In this document: positions 1 to 11,048 of the stretch, in pieces
Position numbering within the stretch: the stretch's first letter is position 1
How the letters are laid out: every line of letters begins with the position of its first letter
Assembly (NCBI GenBank): GCA_038530365.1
Contig: JBCBCT010000002.1
Location: 1 to 55,534, forward strand
Source of the DNA: Pseudomonadota bacterium
GTDB lineage: Bacteria; Pseudomonadota; Alphaproteobacteria; Rhizobiales; Rhizobiaceae
Reading direction: 5' to 3'
Length of the DNA: 55,534 nt
Position numbers and translations under genes: made by a program
The notes under the pieces: model-generated
What the model saw: only the letters and a program-made list of their open reading frames with translations
What the model was told of the DNA's origin: nothing
Databases searched by the model: none

Positions 1-234
1 TTGGCCTTGGGCACGGGATTGATTGAGCCTGTTGAGCACTGCGTTCAAACGCCGTTCGGCTGCCTCCGCTGTCATTTGCGCCGGTGCCGTGGGGGCCGAT
101 GGAGCCCCAGTTTGAGACTTGGTTTGAGCCTCAGTTCTGGCTGTTGACCAAAAAATGCTGGTCGAAACCAGCAAGCACAACACAGTTGTGCGCTGGGCCT
201 TTGCTGTTTTCCAAAACGCGTTGATGCAAGCCAT
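1..234 (-). CDS. N-terminal part of a secreted coiled-coil protein, probably the murein hydrolase activator EnvC family (runs off window start)
   Basis: Manual translation from ATG at 234: MACINAFWKTAKAQRTTVLCLLVSTSIFWSTARTEAQ...AAERRLNAVLNRLNQSRAQGQ, open to base 1, with a signal-peptide-like N-terminus. The EnvC call rests only on the usual position downstream of rlmH. Confidence 0.5.
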   Translation of the reverse strand, partial: MACINAFWKTAKAQRTTVLCLLVSTSIFWSTARTEAQTKSQTGAPSAPTAPAQMTAEAAERRLNAVLNRLNQSRAQGQ

Positions 235-326
235 GACAGGAGCCTAACGGCGTGAGCTTTAAGGCTCCATTAACCATCGCACGCCCCCAGCAAAGACAAC
301 ACGATGTGCTGCGCGATCCGGGGCCG

Positions 327-806
327 TCAGGTGCGATGATAGGGGTGCCCGCTCAGAATGGTGGTGGCGCGATAGATCTGTTCCAACACCAAAACGCGGA
401 CCAATTGATGGGGCATTGTCATGCCGCCGAAGGATAAAACGGCCTGTGCATCGTCACGCAGCGAAGAGGCGAGACCATCCGGACCGCCGATTAAGAACGC
501 CATCGGTTTTGCTGTTTCCAGGCCGCGCTCCACCAATCGCGCAAAGCCCGGGCTGTCGATGGACTTTCCCCGCTCATCAAACACAAACCATTGGTGCTGA
601 TCGCTGAGGCGGCTGAGCAGGTTTTTTGCCTCGTCCTGCTTGCGTTCATCGACCGTTGGACCACGGCTTTCGGGAAATTCATGGACATTGAAGCCGGACA
701 GCCCAACCGCTCGCCCGGTTTTCTCAATGCGATCTTGGTAGCGGGACACAAGGTCCCGCTCTGGGCCTGCCTTTAATCGCCCTATGGCCGCCAGATCCAG
801 CTTCAT
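327..806 (-). CDS. rlmH: 23S rRNA (pseudouridine1915-N3)-methyltransferase RlmH
   Basis: SPOUT motifs DERGK, FLIGGPDG, LSFGGMTMPHQLVRVLVLEQIYRA and C-terminal GHPYHR. Start moved to MKLDL (ATG at 806). Confidence 0.95.
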   Translation of the reverse strand: MKLDLAAIGRLKAGPERDLVSRYQDRIEKTGRAVGLSGFNVHEFPESRGPTVDERKQDEAKNLLSRLSDQHQWFVFDERGKSIDSPGFARLVERGLETAKPMAFLIGGPDGLASSLRDDAQAVLSFGGMTMPHQLVRVLVLEQIYRATTILSGHPYHRT

Positions 807-899
807 ACCCAACAGCTCCCATGCGAAGGCGCGCCGGGCAGTGATGAAACGGGCGATGACAAACCAGAATACGCCGGACCAGACCATCCACTGCTGCGG

Positions 900-1268
900 T
901 CAGTTGGCGAGGGCTTCATCCTCGGCAATCGCGGTCCACATCTTTTCCAGATTATAGAACTCCCGTACTTCCGGGCGGAACACATGGACGATGACATCGC
1001 CGACGTCGACCAGCACCCAATCGCAGGCCGGTTGGCCCTCGACTTTTGGGGTGCCGTATCCCGCGTCTTTCAAGTCGCGCAACAGTCTGTCCGTTACCGC
1101 GTTGACGTGACGGTGTGAGCGCCCGCTGGTGACCACGAGATGGTCGCCAATGGAAGACTTGCCGGTAATGTCGATATGGTTGGTTTCTTCAGCCTTGGAC
1201 TCCTCAAGGCTGGTGAGGATCATGTGCAGCAGGGTGTCACGGGGCAAAGCTGCCTGGGACTGGCCCAC
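900..1268 (-). CDS. rsfS: Ribosome silencing factor RsfS (Iojap)
   Basis: SGRSHRHV, WVLVDVGDVIVHVFRPEVREFYNLEKMW; nadD-rsfS-rlmH order. Exact start uncertain. Confidence 0.95.
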   Translation of the reverse strand: MGQSQAALPRDTLLHMILTSLEESKAEETNHIDITGKSSIGDHLVVTSGRSHRHVNAVTDRLLRDLKDAGYGTPKVEGQPACDWVLVDVGDVIVHVFRPEVREFYNLEKMWTAIAEDEALAN

Positions 1269-1407
1269 TGTCTGTTCTTGTGCGTTCAGTTTGAAGACCT
1301 CTCTCGTGCTTCTGAACTCGGTTTAAGAATCACTCCATGCGAGCGTGTGTCACCCGACGCCGTCATCATAGGCGGGTTTTTGCGACGGTTTCAACTCACA
1401 CAGACGT

Positions 1408-2055
1408 TTACGCCTTGACGGCTGATGCGGCGCGACTTCGCAGCAAGGTCGAGGACAGACTGTTTCGGGGCCCATGGATAAACGTCCAAGCCGGCGGTCT
1501 TTGGCGGGCAAGGAGGGCGGCGTCGTCTTCATCCATGCGAAAGCGCGACAGAGCGATGGCGCCTTGGGCGGAATGCAGGGACAAAGTTGAACCAGGGCGA
1601 TCAATGACGCCGATGGGGAATGTCCCAGCAATCTCTCGCCAGCGCTCCCAAAGATGAAATTGCCCCAAATTGTCCGCACCCATCAGCCAGACAAAATCGT
1701 TGGCCTGAAATCGACTGGCAATTTTTGCCAGCGTGTCGGCCGTGTAGCGGGAGTTCAGGACCGCCTCCACAGCCGTCACTTTCATGGCCGGATGGCGGGC
1801 CAAGGCTTCGCAAGCTTCCAGACGTCGCGCCAGGGGGGCCAGATTTGAGTGATCTTTCAACGGGTTGCCGGGTGTGACGAGCCACCAAATCTGGTCGAGC
1901 TTTAACCGCGACAAACCCAGTTCAGATACGAGAAGATGGCCCTCGTGGGGAGGGTTGAACGAACCACCAAAAAGACCGATCCGTTGACCGGGTTCACAAT
2001 GGGGAAAGCAAAGGTGACGACGCGCTACGCCCTCGGTTTGGTCGCCACCGCTCAT
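1408..2055 (-). CDS. nadD: Nicotinate-nucleotide adenylyltransferase
   Basis: GLFGGSFNPPHEGH (HxGH), WLVTPGNPLK, WLMGADNL, SST motif. Confidence 0.95.
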   Translation of the reverse strand: MSGGDQTEGVARRHLCFPHCEPGQRIGLFGGSFNPPHEGHLLVSELGLSRLKLDQIWWLVTPGNPLKDHSNLAPLARRLEACEALARHPAMKVTAVEAVLNSRYTADTLAKIASRFQANDFVWLMGADNLGQFHLWERWREIAGTFPIGVIDRPGSTLSLHSAQGAIALSRFRMDEDDAALLARQRPPAWTFIHGPRNSLSSTLLRSRAASAVKA

Positions 2056-2097
2056 CGTGAATCACACAGCGCGTTCGAGCCAGGCCGCGCGCGTTCA

Positions 2098-3384
2098 TCA
2101 ACCACGGATCTGTCCGTTTCCGCGCACCAGATATTTGAAACTTGTGAGCTGCTCCACGCCAACGGGACCGCGGGCGTGCATTTTTCCGGTGGCAATGCCG
2201 ATCTCCGCCCCCATGCCAAACTCCCCACCATCGGCAAATTGCGTTGAGGCGTTGTGCAACAAAATGGCGCTGTCGAGTTCCCGGAAGAAGGCGTCGCGCA
2301 CAGCATCATCTTCACAAATTACCGCATCGGTGTGGTTTGAAGACCACGCATTGATGTGTTCGATCGCGCCTTTGACACCGTCCACATGGGCGACAGAAAT
2401 GATGGCGTCGAGATATTCGGTGCTCCAATCGGCATCGGTGGCGGCGATGATCCGCTCATCGGCGGCGGCGGCTTGAGCATCGCCGTGGATGGCGCATCCG
2501 GCATCAAGCAGCGTTTTGAGCAAGGGCGCGGCGAGGCGCTCGGCATCGTTTTTGTCGATCAAAAGCGTTTCAGCTGCGCCACAAATCCCGGTCCGTCTCA
2601 GCTTTGCGTCCAGGATGATCGCCTTTGCCATGTCGAGATCGGCTGATTTATCGACATAGACATGCACCAGCCCCTCAAGGTGGGCAAAAACGGGGACGCG
2701 CGCATCGCTTTGCACCCGCTCGACGAGGCTGCGCCCGCCGCGGGGGACGATGACATCAATGGCGCCGTTCAAACCTTTGAGCATTTCACCCACCGCTTGG
2801 CGGTCAGTCACGGGGACCAGTTGGACGGCGAACTCGGGAAGCCCGGCTGCCTTAAGACCATCCAGAATGGCTGAATGGATGGCGCGGGATGAATTGAAAC
2901 TGTCGCTTCCCCCGCGCAGGATCACGGCATTGCCGGCTTTCAAGCAAAGGGCGGCTGCGTCTGCGGTGACGTTTGGGCGGCTCTCATAGATGACGCCGAT
3001 CACACCCAAGGGCGTGCGGACGCGGTCGATATCGAGGCCGTTGGGGCGGGTCCAGCGGGCCATGCTTTGGCCAATGGGGTCCGCCATTTCAGCGATGCTG
3101 CGAACACCATCCGCCATCGCGCCGATCCGTTCTTGCGTCAGCAAAAGGCGGTCCAGCATGGCTTTAGACAGTCCGGCTTCCCGGCCATTGTCCATGTCGA
3201 TGGCATTTGCGGCCAAAATGTCGGGGGCCTTCGACCGCAGGGCGTCGGCTGCCAGAATGAGTGCTTGAGTCTTGCTGTCCGACGACGCGGTTGCGAGTTT
3301 TGCGGCGGCGGCTTTGGCTGCGCGGCCGAGGTCCTGCATGATCCCCGCGATTGCGTCGGGACTGTAATTGGTTTTTTCAAGCAT
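2098..3384 (-). CDS. proA: Gamma-glutamyl phosphate reductase
   Basis: [57 protein letters not shown]. Confidence 0.97.
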   Translation of the reverse strand: MLEKTNYSPDAIAGIMQDLGRAAKAAAAKLATASSDSKTQALILAADALRSKAPDILAANAIDMDNGREAGLSKAMLDRLLLTQERIGAMADGVRSIAEMADPIGQSMARWTRPNGLDIDRVRTPLGVIGVIYESRPNVTADAAALCLKAGNAVILRGGSDSFNSSRAIHSAILDGLKAAGLPEFAVQLVPVTDRQAVGEMLKGLNGAIDVIVPRGGRSLVERVQSDARVPVFAHLEGLVHVYVDKSADLDMAKAIILDAKLRRTGICGAAETLLIDKNDAERLAAPLLKTLLDAGCAIHGDAQAAAADERIIAATDADWSTEYLDAIISVAHVDGVKGAIEHINAWSSNHTDAVICEDDAVRDAFFRELDSAILLHNASTQFADGGEFGMGAEIGIATGKMHARGPVGVEQLTSFKYLVRGNGQIRG

Positions 3385-3420
3385 GGGATCGGTCTTTTGA
3401 ATGCGTGTTTACACGGCGCG

Positions 3421-4572
3421 TTAGAGGTCTTTATCACGGCTGCGCGCTAAAGCCATATTATCGCGGTGGACGAGAGCGGATCGGCCTTCGTAGCCCAGAA
3501 CCCCCGCAACGTCCTGGCTTCGCAGACCTTTAATGCGATCCGCGTCACCGTGATCATAGGCAACAAGACCGCTGGCGAGATGGTCGCCGTTTTGATCACA
3601 AATGGACACCATGTCCCCACGGCAAAACTCGCCCGAAACCTTTACCACGCCTGCGGGCAATAGACTTTTGCCGGCAAAGAGAGCACTCTTCGCACCCTCG
3701 TCGATGGTGAGTGTGCCAAGGGTTTCCAACTGACCTGCAATCCATGTCTTGCGCGCCGTGGCGCTCTTTGCCGGTGAAAACCAGGTGAAGCGGGCTCCGT
3801 CTTCCAGGGCTGCGATGGGGTGGAGCCGCTTTCCCGACGCGATGACCATGGCGGTTCCCGCCCGGTTGGCCAGCTTTGCAGCTTCCACCTTCGTGATCAT
3901 CCCGCCCCGGGACAGACCACTGGCAGCATCGCCGGCCATGGCTTCAATGTCGGGTGTGATTGTATCGATCTGGGCCAAATGTGTTGCGGTCGGGTCGGCG
4001 TTCGGCGGGGCTGTGTACAGCCCATCAATGTCCGACAGCAGGATCAGCAAATCCGCACCCACCATCGTTGCAACCCGCGCGGCCAGTCGGTCGTTGTCGC
4101 CGTAGCGGATTTCGGTTGTGGCCAGGGTGTCGTTTTCGTTAATCACCGGGACTGCGCGCTCTGCAATGAGACGATGAAGCGTGTCGCGGGCGTTGAGATA
4201 TTTCCTGCGACCGTCACTTCCCTCGGTATCGTGCAAGGTGAGCAAAATTTGCCCGGTCACGAGATCGTGGCTGCGAAATGCCCGTGACCATGCGCTCGCC
4301 AATTCGATCTGACCGACGGAGGCGGCTGCTTGGCTTTCATCGAGTTTTAAGCCCCCCGCGGGAAGCCTCAGCACCGTGCGCCCCAGCGCTATTGCACCCG
4401 ATGATACGATGAGCACCTCGTGGCCACGGGCCATCAGTTTTGCAGCATCTGCCACCAGCGATGACAGCCATGTCTCCTGCAACCCATATGCCGGATCGAC
4501 CAGCAGCGCCGACCCAACCTTGATGACCACGCGACCGGGTTTTTCAAACAAAGATTTGCGGGAGGCGGACAT
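3421..4572 (-). CDS. proB: Glutamate 5-kinase with C-terminal PUA domain
   Basis: [40 protein letters not shown]; adjacent to proA. Confidence 0.97.
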   Translation of the reverse strand: MSASRKSLFEKPGRVVIKVGSALLVDPAYGLQETWLSSLVADAAKLMARGHEVLIVSSGAIALGRTVLRLPAGGLKLDESQAAASVGQIELASAWSRAFRSHDLVTGQILLTLHDTEGSDGRRKYLNARDTLHRLIAERAVPVINENDTLATTEIRYGDNDRLAARVATMVGADLLILLSDIDGLYTAPPNADPTATHLAQIDTITPDIEAMAGDAASGLSRGGMITKVEAAKLANRAGTAMVIASGKRLHPIAALEDGARFTWFSPAKSATARKTWIAGQLETLGTLTIDEGAKSALFAGKSLLPAGVVKVSGEFCRGDMVSICDQNGDHLASGLVAYDHGDADRIKGLRSQDVAGVLGYEGRSALVHRDNMALARSRDKDL

Positions 4573-4670
4573 GGCGATGTGTCGATGAATTGGGCTGCGA
4601 GGGGGGATGCAAAAGCCGTTGGCGGACGATTATGCGATGCGGGCGGGCAGGGGGTAGATTGCAGGAAAAA

Positions 4671-6671
<2,001 letters not shown>

Positions 6672-6675
<4 letters not shown>

Positions 6676-7241
6676 GCCGCTTCCTTAGCGTCCAATGCCC
6701 CGAACAAGCGCTCAAACGCGGCGCGTTTCAGCTGCGTTTTGACGTCCGGTTTGGTTGTGCCCAAGGCCTTGCAGAACGTTTCGCCTTTACCGATCGCTTC
6801 AAAGCCCAGCTTTTCCATAACCCGCAGGGAGGCCACATTGTCCTCAAACGCGTAGGACTCGATAACGTCCGTTCCATAGACGCGGAACGCGCGGGCAAGC
6901 ACGGCGCGCGCGGCTTCTGTGGCATAGCCCTTGCCCCAAAACGGTTTGGCGAACCAATATCCCAGCGTTGGGGTGTCGTACTTTTCATGAACGCTCACAA
7001 CGCCGATGAGTTGTTCGCGGTGGACGGTGTATTTGCATTTTTCAGGGTTGCTTCGGTTGCGTGCGATCCAGTCGCGGGCATCTTTTTCCGAATAGGGCTG
7101 CGGCACGGAGGTCAAACGGCTGGCCACGTCGATATCGGACAGACCACGGACAATAGCTTCAGCATCCACGTCCAGGGGTGGACGCAATGTGAGCCGCCGG
7201 GTGATCAGAATGTCGATGGGCTGAGATGGTGTTTTGGTCAT
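6672..7241 (-). CDS. GNAT (RimJ/RimL-like) N-acetyltransferase
   Basis: TRRLTLRP, LGYWFAKPFWGKGYATEA, NVASLRVMEKLGF; GAGGAGG upstream of ATG at 7241. Confidence 0.9.
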
Positions 7242-7305
7242 TGAGGGACCCTCCTCGGTATGGGCCCCGTCTGTGATTTGGTTCTTGGTGGTCAAAGCCC
7301 AAATC

Positions 7306-7339
7306 AAAAACGGGGGAAGATGGTGTCCATCTCCCCCCG
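7306..7339 (-). terminator. Probable intrinsic terminator downstream of rpmA
   Basis: Minus strand reads CGGGGGGAGATGG-ACA-CCATCTTCCCCCG-TTTTT: GC-rich stem followed by a T run. Confidence 0.7.
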
Positions 7340-7410
7340 CGCTGTGTCTTGATCATGACATCCGGGGTTCTGAGATGAACACCGGATGCAAGATTTTAAT
7401 GGCGATCCGG

Positions 7411-7680
7411 TTATTCTGCGGCTTCCGCCACGGGCATGACGGATACAAAGGTTCGTTTGTTGGCTTTGGTTGCAAACTGAACGCGGCCATCGGAGAGGGC
7501 GTAAAGTGTATGGTCCTTGCCCATGCCGACATTATCGCCAGGGTGCCATTTGGTGCCGCGTTGGCGCACGATGATGTTGCCTGGAATAACAGCTTCACCG
7601 CCAAATTTTTTCACGCCAAGACGGCGGCCTGCGGAATCGCGACCGTTTCTGGATGAACCGCCTGCTTTTTTATGTGCCAT
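7411..7680 (-). CDS. rpmA: 50S ribosomal protein L27
   Basis: [28 protein letters not shown]...[10 protein letters not shown]. Confidence 0.98.
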   Translation of the reverse strand: MAHKKAGGSSRNGRDSAGRRLGVKKFGGEAVIPGNIIVRQRGTKWHPGDNVGMGKDHTLYALSDGRVQFATKANKRTFVSVMPVAEAAE

Positions 7681-7727
7681 CGTTTCGTTCTCCTGTGCTT
7701 TCAAGAAGGATCGGCGAAGCGCCGATC

Positions 7728-8411
7728 TTACTTCCCGATTTTTTCTTTGGCTTGTGCCTGCCAATCTTCAATTTGGGCTGCGCTGAACGGCATGTATTCG
7801 TCCACCTTCTCGATCTCTTCGGCGGTCAACGCTGCGATCTGCGCGAAAGTCATGATGCCCTGTTCGTTCAACTGGCGCTCTGCCACCGGCCCAATGCCTT
7901 TGATGTCGGTGAGTTTGTCTTTCTCGCCACCGGCTGGGGCTGCAAAAAGCGGTGCGCCGACCGCTGGGCTGGCTGCGGCGGCTTCTGTTCCTGCCGCTGC
8001 TTTTGTTTCAGCTTTTGGTGCTGCATCTGCTGATGCCTTTGCGTCAGCCTTTGAAGCTTTTTCTGCGGCTGCTTTCTTGGCACCCGTCGCCTTTTTGGAG
8101 GGTTTAGCGCCGTCGGTCAGAATTTCGCTGATTTGAAGCAACGTATAGTGCTGACGGTGGCCGATGGTCCGGCGGGAGTTTTGGCGGCGGCGCTTTTTGA
8201 AAGCGATGACCTTGCGGGCGCGGCCCTGCTCGAGGATTTCGGCTGTCACCATGGCGCCGTCCACGAGGGGCGCGCCGACGGTTTCGCCGACCATCATCAC
8301 TTCGTTCAGTTCCACCATGTCGCCGGGCTCGCCGGCCAGTCGTTCAACTTTAAGCGTGTCATCGGGGGCGACAGTGTACTGCTTCCCGCCGGTTTTAATG
8401 ACTGCGAACAT
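7728..8411 (-). CDS. rplU: 50S ribosomal protein L21 with Ala/Lys-rich linker and C-terminal helix-hairpin-helix-like extension
   Basis: [12 protein letters not shown]...[16 protein letters not shown]; extension [22 protein letters not shown]. Confidence 0.97.
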   Translation of the reverse strand: MFAVIKTGGKQYTVAPDDTLKVERLAGEPGDMVELNEVMMVGETVGAPLVDGAMVTAEILEQGRARKVIAFKKRRRQNSRRTIGHRQHYTLLQISEILTDGAKPSKKATGAKKAAAEKASKADAKASADAAPKAETKAAAGTEAAAASPAVGAPLFAAPAGGEKDKLTDIKGIGPVAERQLNEQGIMTFAQIAALTAEEIEKVDEYMPFSAAQIEDWQAQAKEKIGK

Positions 8412-8654
8412 CTTTTTGTCCTTGTGTTCAAGCTGTGTTCTCACGGGTTGCGCGGTAAGGCGCGTCCGCAAACACCTTTTTGCCAGTCTTGGTTGGGTTT
8501 TTTAGATTTCGGAGTTTGCAAAGCGGAAGGCTTTCCAACGTTGTGGTGGGTATAAAGTGCAATCGTTTGAAGTCAAGGTGAGGGCTTTGCGCGTGTTTGC
8601 CAGCCGCCCAGCCACCAAGGCGCGTTTCTCGGCGTGAAGTCACGGGGCGTGGTC

Positions 8655-9674
8655 CTAGAAGTCTTTGCCGCCTTCGTTCCAACGGGCTGTCACGGTGCAC
8701 AGGGTCGAATAGACGTTTTTACGCCGGGGGTCGGGCTGCAGGATCTTTTCTTCCACCGCAACTGGGCAAAACGGTGATTGGACGACGATTTTGTAGGCGT
8801 CGCCATTTTTCCGCGCCAGAAGGATCAATTGGTAGCGGGCTGACGCGGGCAATTTATCGTATTCTTCGGTCCATAATCTGCGAACGTTGTGAAACTGGTT
8901 GGCATTGGGAAACGACACGCTGGACGCGGGCTTTTGTATTTCCGTTTCAAACCGCTCAACGAAGTCCCGGACCGCCAGGGCATTGGTCCGTGCAAGTTCC
9001 CGATCCGCTTTGGGAATAGACCCAGTGGCCGAGAGGAGGGCCGTCGGCCCCAGCGCCTGCATCGCAAGAAACGTGATTAGGGCGCCTCCAACGGCTGCAA
9101 GCGCAACGATGGCCCATTTGGTTTTGGGCTGCGGGGCGGTGGCAGCAGCGATCGGTGCAGCCGGTGCGGGCGCCGGGCTTGCTTCCGCATGGGGTGCGGC
9201 AGCCGATAGCCGTGCCTGTGCACCCTCTAAAGGGACGTCGGGCACTGGGCTTGGCGCAGGTTCAAATGCCGGCGGCTCTGGCACAAGCGTCGGCTCAGCA
9301 CTGACGGGCGGGAGGGCCTGTGCCATGCTTTGATCCATGGCCTGCGCCATGGCTTGATCCATTGTTTGCTCTGGGGCTTGCGCTGGTGCCTGCTCCAAGA
9401 CTTGCTCTGGGACTTGCTCTTGCACATGTTCGGGAGCGGCTAAAAGGTCCAAACGTGCATTGGCCTCCGCCTCCACTTTCACACGGGCCGCATCAAGGGC
9501 ATTGAAGGCGTGCTGTTGAAGATCGTTTTGGCCATCAAATTGCGCAGCGATGCGGTTTCGCATGGCCAAACAATAGGCATCGAGTTCCGCCGCAATGTCA
9601 TCGGCAGTGCCGCAGGTCCGTTGCTGAAGATGCTGCGCCAGCATGCTCTCAAGCTTCGTTTCAATACTGCTCAT
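8655..9674 (-). CDS. Hypothetical single-pass membrane protein with low-complexity linker
   Basis: 339-aa ORF; Pro/Ala/Gln/Glu-rich middle, one hydrophobic stretch (WAIVALAAVGGALITFLAMQAL); no family recognised. Confidence 0.7.
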   Translation of the reverse strand: MSSIETKLESMLAQHLQQRTCGTADDIAAELDAYCLAMRNRIAAQFDGQNDLQQHAFNALDAARVKVEAEANARLDLLAAPEHVQEQVPEQVLEQAPAQAPEQTMDQAMAQAMDQSMAQALPPVSAEPTLVPEPPAFEPAPSPVPDVPLEGAQARLSAAAPHAEASPAPAPAAPIAAATAPQPKTKWAIVALAAVGGALITFLAMQALGPTALLSATGSIPKADRELARTNALAVRDFVERFETEIQKPASSVSFPNANQFHNVRRLWTEEYDKLPASARYQLILLARKNGDAYKIVVQSPFCPVAVEEKILQPDPRRKNVYSTLCTVTARWNEGGKDF

Positions 9675-9859
9675 AATGACACTGCATCCGATACGGTTGG
9701 TGGGAACTCAGTCGAGCGAGGGTCTCAGGGCGAAGCCGCGCGCTTATCGAGTGCGAGAAGTGAAACTAGATTTGACCCCCCAAAGCAAGCGCTGGTCTTG
9801 TCTCAGTTGCCCGTTTGGTGACCATCATCGAACGTCCGTTGGCATGGAATACGCTTGCC

Positions 9860-10223
9860 CGCGCTGCTTTGCAGCGCTTTCATTCTTGACCGGCCCTTTT
9901 GGGTTTGGGCACTCTCGATATCGAGCCAGCCTAACCATGCTTCCCACATGTTTGGGTTTGCGGAAAGGTGCCAGATGAGTGACCGAGTGGTCGCTCGTGC
10001 TGCTTTGCAGCGCTTTCATTCTTGACCAGTTCGACCACTCTCGATAACGAGCCAGCCTGACCATGCTTCCCATATGTTTGGGTTTGCGGAGAGGTGCCGG
10101 AGTGGTCGCTCGCGCTGCTTTGCAGCGCTTTCATTCTTGACCAGTTCGACCACTCTCGATAACGAGCCAGCCTGACCATGCTTCCCATATGTTTGGGTTT
10201 GCGGAGAGGTGCCGGAGTGGTCG
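9860..10223 (+). repeat. Three tandem units (136 bp, 115 bp, and a third running into the tRNA), each with hairpin + promoter-like sequence + leader + tRNA 5' end
   Basis: Units start at 9860, 9996 and 10111 (CG[C/T]GCTGCTTTGCAGCGCTTTCATTCTTGACC...). Units 2 and 3 differ at one base over the shared length; unit 1 is diverged. Confidence 0.95.
10137..10165 (+). promoter_or_regulatory. Putative sigma70 promoter of tRNA-Ser (same sequence in unit 2 at 10022-10050)
   Basis: TTGACC-N17-TAACGA about 40 bp upstream of the tRNA; the -10 element is a weak match. Confidence 0.5.
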
Positions 10224-10292
10224 AACGGGGCGGTCTCGAAAACCGTTGTGCGGGCAACCGTACCCAGGGTTCGAATCCCTGTCTCTCCGCCA
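10203..10292 (+). tRNA. tRNA-Ser (anticodon CGA)
   Basis: 90 nt: acceptor GGAGAGG/TCTCTCC, anticodon arm GCGGT-CT-CGA-AA-ACCGT, long variable arm, T arm CAGGG-TTCGAAT-CCCTG, encoded G-CCA end. Confidence 0.97.
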
Positions 10293-10519
10293 TTTTACTT
10301 TGTAAGTTGCTGGTAAATATACGTTTTCTATAGGCCGAATTTGCGCATTCTCGTTACTGGTACAGTTTAGTGGTGCGGAAAACGTGCGAAAATGGCTGAA
10401 AATTCGCGACGGATGCGCCAAGCAGCTGGTGGGACAACTCCCCGATAATCCGACAATCAGCCAGTCAGATGCGATCCAGTACGCTTGTGAGGATATTTTG
10501 TAGGCACGGGTCGAAGCGG

Positions 10520-11014
10520 ACCGCCGATGATGTGCGGGCGTTCCGTGACCTGCTGGACGCCGTTGATCGTGCTCCACACCAGCATGAGGGCAGGAGCAAT
10601 CTTCCAGCTCACCACGCCCGATATTCTCCATGAGCATGGCCCCTTGTGGCAGGTCCCGACGGGCCTCCTCGATTAGGTGTTGTGCAGTATAGGGTTAGGC
10701 CTCTGGTACTCGGTAAGATACCAACACCATGTTTCGCCATTGTCGCTCCGATGACCCTCATCAAGAGGGCACGGGAGGCGTGGCGGGTATCACGGGACCG
10801 GCTGTGACTGTTGCTTCCGCTGTTCGCTGCCGAGTGGGAGTATGAAGACCCGATAATCCAAGATGATCCGCTGATGCCAACAAACCTGACGGGCGACATA
10901 TCGGGCTGGGCGACGGACGGTTACACCCGCGAAGGCAAGCAGGCGATCAACCTCTTCCTCTTGTCGGATGCAGACATGGCGCAGATGGCTCGACATACGC
11001 TGCCGCCGAACTAA
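10520..11014 (+). pseudogene. Decayed coding remnants at the island's left end (possible integrase fragment and a truncated hypothetical gene)
   Basis: 10520-10555 translates TADDVRAFRDLL, reminiscent of tyrosine-integrase core-binding segments. 10811-11014 is a protein-like fragment (DDPLMP...[19 protein letters not shown]) without a convincing start. Neither identity is established. Confidence 0.3.
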
Positions 11015-11048
11015 GTTGCGACCTGGATACCAAAGGGCAAATTTTTCG

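Noticed and set aside
9962-10108. Additional tRNA genes in repeat units 1 and 2
   Set aside because: Only the 5' ~21 nt are present; there is no anticodon arm, T arm or 3' acceptor strand.
9860-10223. CRISPR array
   Set aside because: Units are 115-136 bp and near-identical throughout, with no unique spacers and no cas genes in the window.
9825-10637. Minus-strand ORFs over the repeats and tRNA (e.g. 9931-10293 MAERQGFEPW...)
   Set aside because: These are antisense translations of the tRNA and repeat units.
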